From positions 7,965 to 71,964 of the forward strand of contig MHCB01000038.1 of the NCBI GenBank assembly GCA_001816455.1: a stretch of DNA of 64,000 bases, written 5' to 3'. This DNA is from Candidatus Blackburnbacteria bacterium RIFCSPHIGHO2_12_FULL_44_25 (GTDB taxonomy: Bacteria; Patescibacteriota; Microgenomatia; UBA8517; UBA10165). The notes under the pieces were generated by a model. That model ran no database searches. It saw only the letters and a program-made list of their open reading frames with translations, and was not told where the DNA came from. Each line of letters starts with the position of its first letter. The first letter of the stretch is position 1. A program made the translations under genes and the position numbers. Positions 9,649-19,250 of the stretch are shown piece after piece.

Positions 9649-9778
9649 ATAGCTTTGGAAAACGAGATAAGAACCTCTCTGTCGAGAGAACCTTGCTGTA
9701 TGCTTCGTTGAGAAACTACGCAACAGTAAGACTTTTTTGCACAGTGTGGAATTAATTATGCAAAAAAAATCACCTTCT

Positions 9779-9895
9779 GTTGGAGCCCTCGTGCGAGGAC
9801 GGTTCCATCCAACTTTTTGTGATCTTGATTTTCCCCGGTTCGATGGGGTTCGTTCAGCTTTGAGGTTGGTGAGGTCTCATGCGGGCGCTGGAATT
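9779..9895 (-). promoter_or_regulatory. T-box-like leader of thrS
   Basis: Minus strand GTTGGA-TGGAACC-GTCCTC-GCAC-GAGGGC-TCCAAC forms an antiterminator fold (UGGAACC at 9801-9807). ACC (Thr) codons lie in an upstream short hairpin. Confidence 0.7.
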
Positions 9896-9911
9896 AACTT
9901 AAGTATATTCT

Positions 9912-10169
9912 CTACTGGTTTGGGGGAATTGTCAAATTGGGAGCTTTTTTTGGGCCGACTGTGGGGCGGTTTTCTTCTATGGATTTGGTTATCTCGGAGA
10001 GGAAGTTTCCGACCACTGGAACCCAGTTTACTTTTGAACCCAAGAAGCCCATCGTGGCAAAAAGCAAGGACAACCCGACTGTTACCCCTAAACCCCAGGC
10101 GACTCCGCCTATGAAGTTGCCCAAAAACATTTTTCCTATACTTCTGTGGACTTGGTCTTTGGGTTGCAT
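9912..10169 (-). CDS. DUF5665-like small membrane protein
   Basis: NFIGGVAWGLGVTVG...VPVVGNF pattern. Confidence 0.75.
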   Translation of the reverse strand: MQPKDQVHRSIGKMFLGNFIGGVAWGLGVTVGLSLLFATMGFLGSKVNWVPVVGNFLSEITKSIEENRPTVGPKKAPNLTIPPNQ

Positions 10170-10259
10170 GAATTCATATTAGAATGCTAAATGCTAAATT
10201 ACAAATGACAAATTTTTACTACTCAACTATTGTGTGCTACATTTATTTAGCATTGGTCA

Positions 10260-10838
10260 TTGGGCATTTTTATGAAGTGGATTAGTCGGCTCTATATTGT
10301 TTTTGTCGGGATAATTTTGTCGATTACGACAGGCTACGGCTTGGCGGCTTTTTACCCCGACCCCAAAGCCTTTGTTAGTCTTGAGACCAAACCGTATCCT
10401 GTCATACCCCGAAGTTGTACAGAAACTCCCGCGCAGCAAAGCTCTCCTCCCTGTCAGAAGTATTTTGAGGATGAAAGGAAATACCAGGAAGAGCAAAATG
10501 CAAAACAGGAAGAACTTCAGAAAAAGCAGGAAGAGCAAAGGAACCGGAGCGCAGCGTATACTCGGACTGCTGTGTTTTTTGGAATAACTGCAGGGGCGTT
10601 TTATGCGATTTTAGGACTTTTACTGCTTCGTTCTTCAAAACTTGTATCCAATGGGTTGATGCTTGCGGGGGTTTTGACGGCCGTATTGACACGATTTTTA
10701 GTTAGTCTTGCGAGCTTGGGAGCGGGGGTTACCGGGAGCGTTGGTGCGGACAGTATGGCGTATGTTCAGTTTGGAGTTTTGCTTCTTCTCTCTGTGGCGG
10801 TGATTTTTGCCGGGAAGACTGTTTTGAGGGATGAATGA
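10260..10838 (+). CDS. Hypothetical membrane protein
   Basis: Four hydrophobic segments and a Cys-pair/coiled-coil loop. Confidence 0.8.
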   Translation: MGIFMKWISRLYIVFVGIILSITTGYGLAAFYPDPKAFVSLETKPYPVIPRSCTETPAQQSSPPCQKYFEDERKYQEEQNAKQEELQKKQEEQRNRSAAYTRTAVFFGITAGAFYAILGLLLLRSSKLVSNGLMLAGVLTAVLTRFLVSLASLGAGVTGSVGADSMAYVQFGVLLLLSVAVIFAGKTVLRDE

Positions 10839-10839
10839 T

Positions 10840-10915
10840 TGGTGGACGGTAGAGGACTCGAACCTCTGACTTCATTCACGTCAAGAATGCGCTCTACCAA
10901 CTGAGCTAACCGTCC
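10840..10915 (-). tRNA. tRNA-Val(GAC)
   Basis: GGACGGTTAGCTCAGTTGGTAGAGC...loop TTGACGT...GGTTCGAGTCC...ACCA. Confidence 0.95.
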
Positions 10916-11053
10916 TGGTTGTTTGTCAAAATGTGCTTCGTTTAGGTTGACAACTGAGTTGCGCCTGTCGGCGCCCGCTGTGCGGTAACCGTCCCGGTGA
11001 GCCATATTATACCAGATGTTTTGTCTTTGAGTGTTCTTATGTGTGTGCCTCCA

Positions 11054-11095
11054 ACACTTCGGGAGTGTAATGGCTTTACACATCGGGAGATGTGT
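11054..11095. repeat. REP-like palindromes (CACTYCGGGAGTG family) upstream of RAYT-1
   Basis: acacttcgggagtgt (11054-11068) and acacatcgggagatgtgt (11078-11095). Further copies at 11775-11835. Confidence 0.7.
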
Positions 11096-11107
11096 TAGTA
11101 TTAGAAT

Positions 11108-11773
11108 ATGCCAACTCGTATAATTCCTTTGGGAACTGGTGAGTTTTACCACGTCTTTAATCGTGGAATTGCAAAGCAGCCTGTGTTTTTGGATAAACGA
11201 GATTACAGACAAATGATATTGGGTCTCTCATACTATCGTTTTGCGGTGCCCCCAATAAGACTATCGTTTTTTAAGACACTCCCGTTGGATCAGAAATCAT
11301 ATTTATGGAAGGAGCTCCAAACTAGAAATGAGAAGCTAGTTGAAATTGTAGCTTTTGCTTTGATGCCTAATCACTTTCACTTACTACTAAGGCAGGAAGC
11401 TGAAAATGGCATATCTACGTTTATGAGGCGGTTGGCTAATAGCTACACGCGCTTTTTTAATACCAAGGATGGCCGCAAAGGGCCAATTTTTCAAGGGGTT
11501 TTTAAGGCTGTGCATGTCTCTACAACAGAGCAACTTATGCATGTGTCGCGATACATCCATGTAAACCCGGTAGTTTCTTATGTGATAAAAGAGAGTGAGA
11601 TGTTTAGTTACCCTTGGACTTCTTTACCAGAGTTTTTGGGTGATCCAAGTATGGCAATGCCAGAACCGGTTTTGTCGTTATTTTCTTCTAAAGACGACTA
11701 TAAAGATTTCGTTTTGGATCAAGTTGACTATGGTAAGCGGTTAGAGGAGATAAAGCACCTTGTTTTTGAGTAA
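11108..11773 (+). mobile_element. REP-associated tyrosine transposase (RAYT / Y1 HUH family)
   Basis: YHVFNRG, LMPNHFHLL (HUH), SYTRFFN, GPIFQG, RYIHVNP and YPWTS. Confidence 0.9.
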
Positions 11774-11850
11774 GATCCGGATGTGTGAAGTTGTTACACT
11801 CCGGGAGTGAACTTGTACCTACACCTTGGGGGAGAAAGGTTGTTTTGCGT

Positions 11851-12501
11851 TCAACCTGCGGAGCGTTGGGAGTAGTCCTCTGAGGAGAGAAGGCGTTGTG
11901 CTCCGCTTTTTCCCACTTGACCCCAGAAGGTCTTTTTCTTTGAGGATCTTTTGTTTTGGCTTTGGAGCCAGAGATTGGCTTGGTGAATCTTTACTCTAAA
12001 GGACCTTAAGAAGGAAAGCAGTTTTTCAAAAAAGGCTACATGGTAGGTTCCGGGTTCTGTGGTTACTTGTATCGCGGCGATTTTGGTTTCTTGAGAGAGT
12101 CCGACTATCTCTTTTGCAATTTTCTCGGCCTCCCCCTGCAGTGCTTTTAATTGGAGCTTTAACTTATCTGTTTCCTTTTCATTGAAAGCTTCTCCTTCCT
12201 GCCTAAGTTGCTTTTCTCTATAAAGTTGAGCACGGAGAACTTTGTTTTCGCCTCTTTCGGCTTCGAGTACCTTATCTATCTGGACCGACTGGCCCATTTT
12301 TATTTCTCCCGAAGCATTGACTAGGGTTTTCTCTTGCCCTAAAAATTGCCTCAGAAAACCCTTTGAGGTTTCTGCCAGAAGATCATCTTTAAAAGAATCG
12401 AAGGTTCCGCGTCCTATGTCTCTCATAGACTCAACGAAGTTGTCGCTTTGGGGGGAGATCTTTTTGGTTTTTTGGTTGGTTTGGTAGGTAGTTTTTGTCA
12501 T
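11851..12501 (-). CDS. DUF5660-like coiled-coil protein
   Basis: PGTYHVAFFEKLLSF...ANLWL...FWGQ...SEDYSQRSAG. Family assignment is from recall. Confidence 0.7.
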   Translation of the reverse strand: MTKTTYQTNQKTKKISPQSDNFVESMRDIGRGTFDSFKDDLLAETSKGFLRQFLGQEKTLVNASGEIKMGQSVQIDKVLEAERGENKVLRAQLYREKQLRQEGEAFNEKETDKLKLQLKALQGEAEKIAKEIVGLSQETKIAAIQVTTEPGTYHVAFFEKLLSFLRSFRVKIHQANLWLQSQNKRSSKKKTFWGQVGKSGAQRLLSSEDYSQRSAG

Positions 12502-12512
12502 CTTGGGTCATT

Positions 12513-13385
12513 CTAAGAAAGGGTCAACAGCCTGTCAAGCGCTTTTCTACGTTTTAGGACGCCCTTGATCATTGCTTTCTGTTGGGGTTTGACTTCTTCT
12601 GGTTTTTCTTGTCCTGAGGCTGTAACAAGTTGCTCGACCTCGGAGTCCTCGACGGATATTTTTTCTTCGTCTGCAATTTTATTTAAGGCAAGTTCTAGCT
12701 TTATTGCATCGTTGGCTTGCTGAGCAAGCTCTGCTCTTAACCCTTCGGTTGTTTTTCCGGTTGAGGCCAGGTACTGTTCAACGGTTAGACCCAATTTTTG
12801 AGTTTGATCTAAAAGTTTTGCTAGTTTGTGGTTGACTTCTTCTTTTATTAAAAGAGGGGCAATTTGGCTTTTGGTGTTTTGGATTAAGGACTCTAGAATC
12901 TTTTGCTCTTTATCTTCTCTTGAAGACTCTTTTTTGTCTTTGGGGTCGTTTTTCCCTGGGACCACGATTTTGCTTGCGCTTAGGGTACCGGAGATATTCT
13001 TTCTATAGTCTCCGACGTCCACGGTTGGAAGTTCGCAGGTTAGGGCGCGAACCGTCCAGTCATTATTTTCGTCTATTGAAACTATTTCAAATCTTGGGGC
13101 AAGAATTGGTCTTAAGTTATGTTCTTCGACACTGTCTGCGTAAACGTCGGGGAGTAATTTTTGCAGCATTTCGTTGTATAGATCTTGCTTGTCAATCCTC
13201 TTTTCGGCAATATCTCGGGGGGCTTTGCCGGGTCTGAAACCAGGAATCTCAAGGCGCGCGGTTAACGTTTGTAGGGCCTCCTCCTTCTCTTCTTGCACAA
13301 GGGGGTGTGGGATGGTCAGGGTTATTTGTATGTTTCCGTTGCTCTCGCGGGCAAGAACTGAAATTGGTTTTTGTTTTGCTGCCAT
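12513..13385 (-). CDS. tig: Trigger factor lacking the PPIase domain
   Basis: IPGFRPGKAP ribosome-binding signature followed directly by the C-terminal domain; only 290 aa. Confidence 0.9.
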   Translation of the reverse strand: MAAKQKPISVLARESNGNIQITLTIPHPLVQEEKEEALQTLTARLEIPGFRPGKAPRDIAEKRIDKQDLYNEMLQKLLPDVYADSVEEHNLRPILAPRFEIVSIDENNDWTVRALTCELPTVDVGDYRKNISGTLSASKIVVPGKNDPKDKKESSREDKEQKILESLIQNTKSQIAPLLIKEEVNHKLAKLLDQTQKLGLTVEQYLASTGKTTEGLRAELAQQANDAIKLELALNKIADEEKISVEDSEVEQLVTASGQEKPEEVKPQQKAMIKGVLKRRKALDRLLTLS

Positions 13386-13427
13386 TTGCGGCTTGATTAT
13401 ACCACAACTGAGGCTAATTTGCTGGAT

Positions 13428-14744
13428 TCAACGCTTTCTCTTGAGGTTTTTAAGGGCTTTTTTTGCTTCTTCCTGGTCGGACCAAGGATGCTCGCCATCT
13501 ACAAAGGCTAAGCTTTTTTCGTGACCCTTGCCGCAAATTACAACAATATCTCCTTTTTTAGCTAGTTTTATGCCTAAGGATATAGCTTTGGCGCGGTCTG
13601 GTTCACGGATAAAGATATGAGGATAGGTTGTAGGCTGTCGGTTGTAGTTTGTAGGCTTGAACTCCCGGGCTCGGGCAAGCCGCGCACCATCTACCATTTG
13701 GGCAAGTATTTTCTCCAAACTTTCAGATCTTGGGTCTTCGGCTGTGAATATGGATATATCGGCAAGTCGGCTCGCGACCCCCCCCATCATTGGGCGTTTC
13801 CGATAATCTCTTTCTCCGGCGCAGCCGAAGATTGCTATCAATCTTCCTGTCCCGACCCCAACTTTCAGGGTTTGGAGAAGTTTCTCCAGGGCGTTTGGGG
13901 TGTGTGCAAAATCCACAATTACTTGGAAAGGCCTTGTTTTTATGTGTTCCATTCGCCCGGGAATACCACGGAAATTTTTTACCGATTTTTGTATGGTCTT
14001 CCAATCGACGCCCAAAGCTCGAGTTATTCCGATTGCTGCCAGGATATTGGAGACGTTATATTTTCCAGAAAGTACCGTTGTTATTCTGTGCCCCACCCCG
14101 TTGTCTGTTGCCAGAAAATCTAACCCCGACTTTTTCTCTTTTATTTCTCCCGCTTTTATGTCTGCCATTCCGGCGAGTGAATAAGAAATCACTTTTGTAT
14201 TTTTGTTTGTTTTTCTTTTGAAATACCCAAAAGAGTCATCGTCTTTGTTGAGGACGGCGACTTTTACTTTTTTGAACAGTTTTGCTTTTGCTTGACGATA
14301 TTTTTTAAAGGTTTTGTGGTAGTCGAGGTGTTCGTGGGTGACGTTTGTTAGGACTCCTGCCCAGAAGTTTGCCCCAAAAACCCTGTGCTGATCTAGGCCG
14401 TGGGAGGTTGTTTCTAGGACTACATGGGTTACTCCGGAAGACCTAAATTTTGCCAGGAGGGGTTGGAGAACTTTAGCATCAGGGGTGGTTGTGTGAAGAC
14501 CTGTGTCTAGGAAACCTTTCGGTCCCCATGCGCCTACCGTTGAGATTAAGGCGACTTTAAACTTTCCTTCTTTTAGAATTTCATAGATTAGGTGCGCGGT
14601 TGTGGTTTTTCCGTCAGTTCCAGTGACGCCGATTACGGTTAAGTCTTTTGCGGGGTAGTTCGCGCGAACTGTTTCGACGAGGGAACTTAGATAATGTTTT
14701 GCGTTTTTGTAACGGGCAACAAGATTGGGGTTTGGGAGTTCCAT
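13428..14744 (-). CDS. murE: UDP-MurNAc-tripeptide synthetase
   Basis: GVTGTDGKTT, ETTSHGLDQHR, HEHLDYH, VDFAHTPNAL, FGCAGERD and GKGHE. Confidence 0.93.
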   Translation of the reverse strand: MELPNPNLVARYKNAKHYLSSLVETVRANYPAKDLTVIGVTGTDGKTTTAHLIYEILKEGKFKVALISTVGAWGPKGFLDTGLHTTTPDAKVLQPLLAKFRSSGVTHVVLETTSHGLDQHRVFGANFWAGVLTNVTHEHLDYHKTFKKYRQAKAKLFKKVKVAVLNKDDDSFGYFKRKTNKNTKVISYSLAGMADIKAGEIKEKKSGLDFLATDNGVGHRITTVLSGKYNVSNILAAIGITRALGVDWKTIQKSVKNFRGIPGRMEHIKTRPFQVIVDFAHTPNALEKLLQTLKVGVGTGRLIAIFGCAGERDYRKRPMMGGVASRLADISIFTAEDPRSESLEKILAQMVDGARLARAREFKPTNYNRQPTTYPHIFIREPDRAKAISLGIKLAKKGDIVVICGKGHEKSLAFVDGEHPWSDQEEAKKALKNLKRKR

Positions 14745-14828
14745 TTGGCCATGAGCAGATTAGGTATAAGTATACCACCAAATTGATTATTTTGATGTTT
14801 GTTGGTAGTATGTTCCTTACCGTTTGCG

Positions 14829-15263
14829 ATGGTCAATATTTCCACAATTGCGGTTAGTAGTTCTGATGCTGTTCCGGAACTTATAGATATTACGACTCAA
14901 GTTGTCTCTTGTGTTCGGGAGAGTGGAGTTAAAAACGGCCAGGTCACGGTTTTTTCTCAGCACACAACCGCTGCAGTTTTACTTCAAGAGAATGAAAAAG
15001 GGATTCATAAAGATCTCCAAAAGTTTCTTTGTAGCTTGTGTTCTCCCCAGGGAGACTACGAACATAGTCTCGCCCCTGACCATTTAGAGGATAAGATGCC
15101 GAATGGGCACTCTCACCTTCAGCATTTTTTGCTTGGAGGGTCATCTCAGACAATACCTGTGGCAGATGGGAAGGTGATGTTGGGAACCTATCAGAGCGTA
15201 TTTCTGGTGGAGCTTGATCGGGCAAGGACCAGAAATGTCTTGGTGCAGGTTATTGGGGAATAG
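14829..15263 (+). CDS. yjbQ: YjbQ/UPF0047 family protein
   Basis: HTTAA, NE, NGHSH, LGTYQSVFLVELD. Confidence 0.9.
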   Translation: MVNISTIAVSSSDAVPELIDITTQVVSCVRESGVKNGQVTVFSQHTTAAVLLQENEKGIHKDLQKFLCSLCSPQGDYEHSLAPDHLEDKMPNGHSHLQHFLLGGSSQTIPVADGKVMLGTYQSVFLVELDRARTRNVLVQVIGE

Positions 15264-15267
15264 CTTC

Positions 15268-16335
15268 TCACTTCTCTCTTTGTATGACAAAGTCGGCCAA
15301 GGTTTGATAGACTTCCTGGAGACTTTTGTTTCCTGTTAGACGAGGAACTATTCGGCGGGCTTCCTTGACCAATTTTTCTGCTTTTTTCTGACAATACACT
15401 AGGGAGCCAGAGTTAACTATGATGTCTCTTACTTCTTTTATCTCGGCCTTTGTTATGTCTTTTTTACCCCAAAGTTTTTTTAGACTTCGGACTTGTTTTG
15501 GGGTGCCCTTTTTAACTGCCCAGAGATAAAGAAGCGTGTTCTTTCCTTCTTTTATGTCTGAGGCTGTTGACTTGCCTGTTTGTTTCTCGTTTCCGAACAT
15601 TCCTAAAATGTCATCTTGGATCTGGAATGCAATTCCCAAGGGCAAACCATATTCTTCAAAGATTTTTACATTGTCGTAGTTTGCTCCTGTTAGTACTGCA
15701 CCAAGACTAAGGGGGCCAACTATTGTGTACCATGCGGTTTTTAGTCTATTAACGGTTGTTATGTCCTTCTCTGACAAAGAATTACGGCTGGCCAGATCAA
15801 TGTCCAGGCATTGACCGTAGCCTGTGTTTATGAGGAAATTTGAAAGGAACGCTATTCCGGCCGTTTTTCTCTCAGGGTCAAAATTGGCGTTTGCTATCAG
15901 TTTTATGGCCTCATAGCATCCGGTTACCCCCGCGAAAGTGGTCATGCTTTCTCCGTAGCGGATAGGGTTGCCCTTTCTTTTGTTTTTTTTATGGAATTTG
16001 GTATAGGAGATGTGAACCGTGTCTTTTCCGTGTCTGAGTACGTCCTGGTCGGCAATATCATCCATCATCAAGAGTGATATGTGGGTAAGTTCCATTGCAA
16101 CCGAAACTGGAATAATTTCCTTGAGCTTTTTGCCTCCAAAAGATTCATAACCCAGTCTTACTAGCCCTCCACGCATTCTTTTGCCTCCCTCTATAAAACG
16201 CTCAAATTGTTGCCAAATCTGTGGGGCGACGGAGGGCGCAATTTTTCTTGACTCTCGAACTTTTTCTTTGAAGAAATTTTTCAAGAATTTATTTTGCTCT
16301 TGGGTGTAAGGGCCAAAATAGTTTTTGTAATTCAT
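15268..16335 (-). CDS. Polyprenyl diphosphate synthase
   Basis: GGKRMR, DDIADQD..RHG, GQCLD, KTAWYT, AFQIQDD and DIKEGK. Confidence 0.92.
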   Translation of the reverse strand: MNYKNYFGPYTQEQNKFLKNFFKEKVRESRKIAPSVAPQIWQQFERFIEGGKRMRGGLVRLGYESFGGKKLKEIIPVSVAMELTHISLLMMDDIADQDVLRHGKDTVHISYTKFHKKNKRKGNPIRYGESMTTFAGVTGCYEAIKLIANANFDPERKTAGIAFLSNFLINTGYGQCLDIDLASRNSLSEKDITTVNRLKTAWYTIVGPLSLGAVLTGANYDNVKIFEEYGLPLGIAFQIQDDILGMFGNEKQTGKSTASDIKEGKNTLLYLWAVKKGTPKQVRSLKKLWGKKDITKAEIKEVRDIIVNSGSLVYCQKKAEKLVKEARRIVPRLTGNKSLQEVYQTLADFVIQREK

Positions 16336-16353
16336 TTATTGCGCAAGTATAGC

Positions 16354-17112
16354 CTATACTTTTGATTTTCTCCAACCGGCATTTTCTGCTTCCTCTTCTG
16401 AGCAGAAGTAGCGCTCCCCCGCCGTTTCGTCTATTTGAGTTTTATAATAGTATTTTTGACCTGGAGTGTGGTAAATCTTTTCGCCTTTAGCGTTTATGTT
16501 GCCCTTGACAGTGCAACCGGTAGGGATATTTGGGGTATTGGAGTTACACGCGTTGGGTGCCCAGAGGCCACGGCTTTGATCTCTTGCTTCTTTTTCTGCT
16601 TGGCTAAACTGACTTTGATATTTTATGTCTGGAGGATATGTACTACTTTTGGCGTACCCTTGACGCACGAGAAAATCGTTTATGAAGACATTTTCTACCC
16701 ATAGATAGCGGAGTAACCGGCCGTATTTGTCGGTTTCGGAAATATCTTTTTCCAGTTTTATGTTTTTCCCAAGTACTAATCTTTCATTTTCTGCTTTTGC
16801 TTCCCGGCCGAAACATTCGACCTCTTTGTCGGGATGTACGGTTTCAGGGGTGTCTATTCCAATGTAGCGCACCCTTCGACGTTGCTCAGGGCTATAGCTT
16901 TCTTGGATTTCAATTGTGTCTCCATCTATAACGCGGGTAACTAAAAAGGTAGATGGGTCGTTGGGTGGATCAGTAGAGGGGGCAGGTGCGGGAGTGGTTT
17001 GTGTTTTGTTGTCGAGTAAGGTAGTTGGCGGAGAGGGTTGGTTAACAAATAATGCATAGAGGCCGAGAGCTAGGAGTAGGACTCCTATGAAAGGAATAAA
17101 GGGCTTGCGCAT
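16354..17112 (-). CDS. Membrane-anchored thermonuclease (SNase) with C-terminal KGNIN...YH..G..YY domain
   Basis: VIDGDT, VRYIGIDTPE, DKYGRLLRY and RGLW. Confidence 0.92.
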   Translation of the reverse strand: MRKPFIPFIGVLLLALGLYALFVNQPSPPTTLLDNKTQTTPAPAPSTDPPNDPSTFLVTRVIDGDTIEIQESYSPEQRRRVRYIGIDTPETVHPDKEVECFGREAKAENERLVLGKNIKLEKDISETDKYGRLLRYLWVENVFINDFLVRQGYAKSSTYPPDIKYQSQFSQAEKEARDQSRGLWAPNACNSNTPNIPTGCTVKGNINAKGEKIYHTPGQKYYYKTQIDETAGERYFCSEEEAENAGWRKSKV

Positions 17113-17337
17113 CTATTTGCGGAAGGTTGAGATTACCGTCAGTAGTAGAGACAAGAGGATGCTTATTACGATGGTTGTAGTTATTGGGGCGTAAAAAGAG
17201 AAGTTTTCTTTTTTAACCAAGATGTCGCCTGGGAGTTTGCCCAAGAATGGCAGTTTGCCAAAAAACCAAAGAAATGAGCCGGTTACAATTAAAACTATTC
17301 CTACTATGATTACTACCCGGCCGGCTTCTTGAAGCAT
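17113..17337 (-). CDS. DUF2905 membrane protein
   Basis: LGKLPGDI...NFSFYAPITT. Confidence 0.88.
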   Translation of the reverse strand: MLQEAGRVVIIVGIVLIVTGSFLWFFGKLPFLGKLPGDILVKKENFSFYAPITTTIVISILLSLLLTVISTFRK

Positions 17338-17377
17338 ACTTTGTTAGAACAAGATAATTGTAGCATGTTGAAGAATT

Positions 17378-17977
17378 TTGAATGGTGTAAAATGTTTTGT
17401 GGTAGAAGATACTACTGAACATCGAGAGTCTGCTGGCTATTCTCAAAGAGACCTCTGCCCTGTTGAGCAATTTTTGCTTATGCGGTCTCCAATTGTTAAT
17501 GGGAAGCAGGTGTCTGATGATGAATTTAGGCAATTGTGTGCGAGTGCCCAGGATGGTGAGCCTGAGTCGGTGAGAATCTTGAGAACGCCCTCATACTTAC
17601 ATCCGGAGGCAGAAGCGGCGTGGGGGTTAGGTAAGACGGTAGGTGAGGTTAACCGTGACAGACCCCGGTACTTGAATGATATATCTCTAGGGATAGTTGA
17701 TACCAGACGACAAGTGGAGCTTACTTTAAAACAACACGCACAGATTAACATCGGATTTTCAGTCCTTGATCCTGATGGTTCGGCGAACCTTCGGTGGGAG
17801 GTGTGGTTAAGCGATTCAGAAGGAAAACCGTTGCTAACCGATAAAGACGTGAGCGATTTGCCTCTACACCCTGTACGAGGGGCCGGTTTTCGGTGGGAGG
17901 AACCAAAAGAGACAACAACTCCAAAGGGCGAGTTGTGTTGGTCAAGAGTACTTGTGTTTGACCTGGCACAATCTTAG
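17378..17977 (+). CDS. Hypothetical protein
   Basis: Only long ORF in the gap; start uncertain. Confidence 0.6.
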   Translation: MNGVKCFVVEDTTEHRESAGYSQRDLCPVEQFLLMRSPIVNGKQVSDDEFRQLCASAQDGEPESVRILRTPSYLHPEAEAAWGLGKTVGEVNRDRPRYLNDISLGIVDTRRQVELTLKQHAQINIGFSVLDPDGSANLRWEVWLSDSEGKPLLTDKDVSDLPLHPVRGAGFRWEEPKETTTPKGELCWSRVLVFDLAQS

Positions 17978-18603
17978 AACCCCGTAATTGCAACTCCGAA
18001 GCCGTCTTGGGCGTAAACGCAACCCCAAATATATTCTCCGCCGGTTATTAGTTTTTTGTGTCCAAGTGTATCAAGCCATGCAGCTACTGCCTGGTCTGGG
18101 GTTGGGTAGCCTGAGATTAAAAATTCAGAAACGTTGTTGGGCATTGTTGGGTCGTCTTTGTATTTATCGTATACTCCCTGGAATCCGTCGTGTCCGTCTA
18201 GTTTCCCGAGTTGTCTTATTTGAGAGAGTCTAATTGCTGCAACTGTACATAGTATGTCGCGCTGGTTTAGGGAATTTACGCCGTGTTGGACCCTTGCTTT
18301 GTTTATTGCTTCCCAAAGTTCGGGGCCGGTGAAGGTGGGTTGTAGATAGGAGGTAGTGGGTTGTGGAGCGGACTTTTTGGAAACGACACTGGGTGTGGGG
18401 GTAGTCTTTGGGGAGGACTGAAGGGCTTCGAGGAAACTGTCTCGCAATTTTTGTTCTCTATACTGGGCAATTTCTACTGCTTGATCCAGACCTGCAAGGT
18501 ACCCTCCGATGAATCCGATTACTAGAACTAGCGCTATTGTTAGCGGATTAAAAAAATACTTAGGTTTAAATTTTAGAACCTTTGGCAGTTTTAATTTAGC
18601 CAT
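17974..18603 (-). CDS. CAP/SCP-domain membrane-anchored protein
   Basis: INKAR, HDGF, AWLDTLGH; N-terminal TM helix and Pro/Thr linker. Confidence 0.85.
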   Translation of the reverse strand: MAKLKLPKVLKFKPKYFFNPLTIALVLVIGFIGGYLAGLDQAVEIAQYREQKLRDSFLEALQSSPKTTPTPSVVSKKSAPQPTTSYLQPTFTGPELWEAINKARVQHGVNSLNQRDILCTVAAIRLSQIRQLGKLDGHDGFQGVYDKYKDDPTMPNNVSEFLISGYPTPDQAVAAWLDTLGHKKLITGGEYIWGCVYAQDGFGVAITGF

Positions 18604-19249
18604 TTTTTCTCAAGGGGATGTCGTTTAGTAGCCGATTCCTAGTTTTTGTGGTCTCCCCTGCAATTGTTGCGCCCCTGTCGGGAATACTTTCCATAACGCC
18701 AATACTTTTTACTGTGATTGTTTTTCCTTCAACTGGTTCTTCTACGAGCGAAAGCAGCATTTCGGTTTGGTGTTTTCTGTCCTTTTGTTTCTTGAGCCGC
18801 CCGATTGTTATATGTGGGTGAAGCCTTGTGGGAGGAGAAAACTCCTCTTCTCCTAGGGCGTTTCTGAGTTCTTTGTATAGATTTCTTAAGGTTCGGTCGG
18901 GGTCTTGGATACCAACGAGGATAACGGAGTCGCTGTTCTCGGTACTTGAATAGAAATAGTCTAGCTGCCCTGTTGATAATTCGAAAGGACTTTGCAATTC
19001 TGCGACTTTCTTTACGGCACTTACTGCTGCCTCAAACCTTTCTTGGGCGATGTGTCCTAAGAAGATTAATGTGATATGGGCTTTTTCCGGATCCTGCCAG
19101 ACTACCGGGAAATTTTTCTTTTGTAGATTTTGAGTAACTCTTGCTATTTCTTCTTTTGTCTCTTTTGGCACACTTAGCGCTATAAAGATTCTTCTTCGGG
19201 GGCCGTGGCTTCGTTTGAATTTTGGCCTTTTGGAACTTTCTCGCGGCAT
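18596..19249 (-). CDS. thpR: RNA 2',3'-cyclic phosphodiesterase (2H family)
   Basis: RIFIA, HITLIFLG and PHITIGR. Confidence 0.9.
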   Translation of the reverse strand: MPRESSKRPKFKRSHGPRRRIFIALSVPKETKEEIARVTQNLQKKNFPVVWQDPEKAHITLIFLGHIAQERFEAAVSAVKKVAELQSPFELSTGQLDYFYSSTENSDSVILVGIQDPDRTLRNLYKELRNALGEEEFSPPTRLHPHITIGRLKKQKDRKHQTEMLLSLVEEPVEGKTITVKSIGVMESIPDRGATIAGETTKTRNRLLNDIPLRKNG

Positions 19250-19250
19250 T

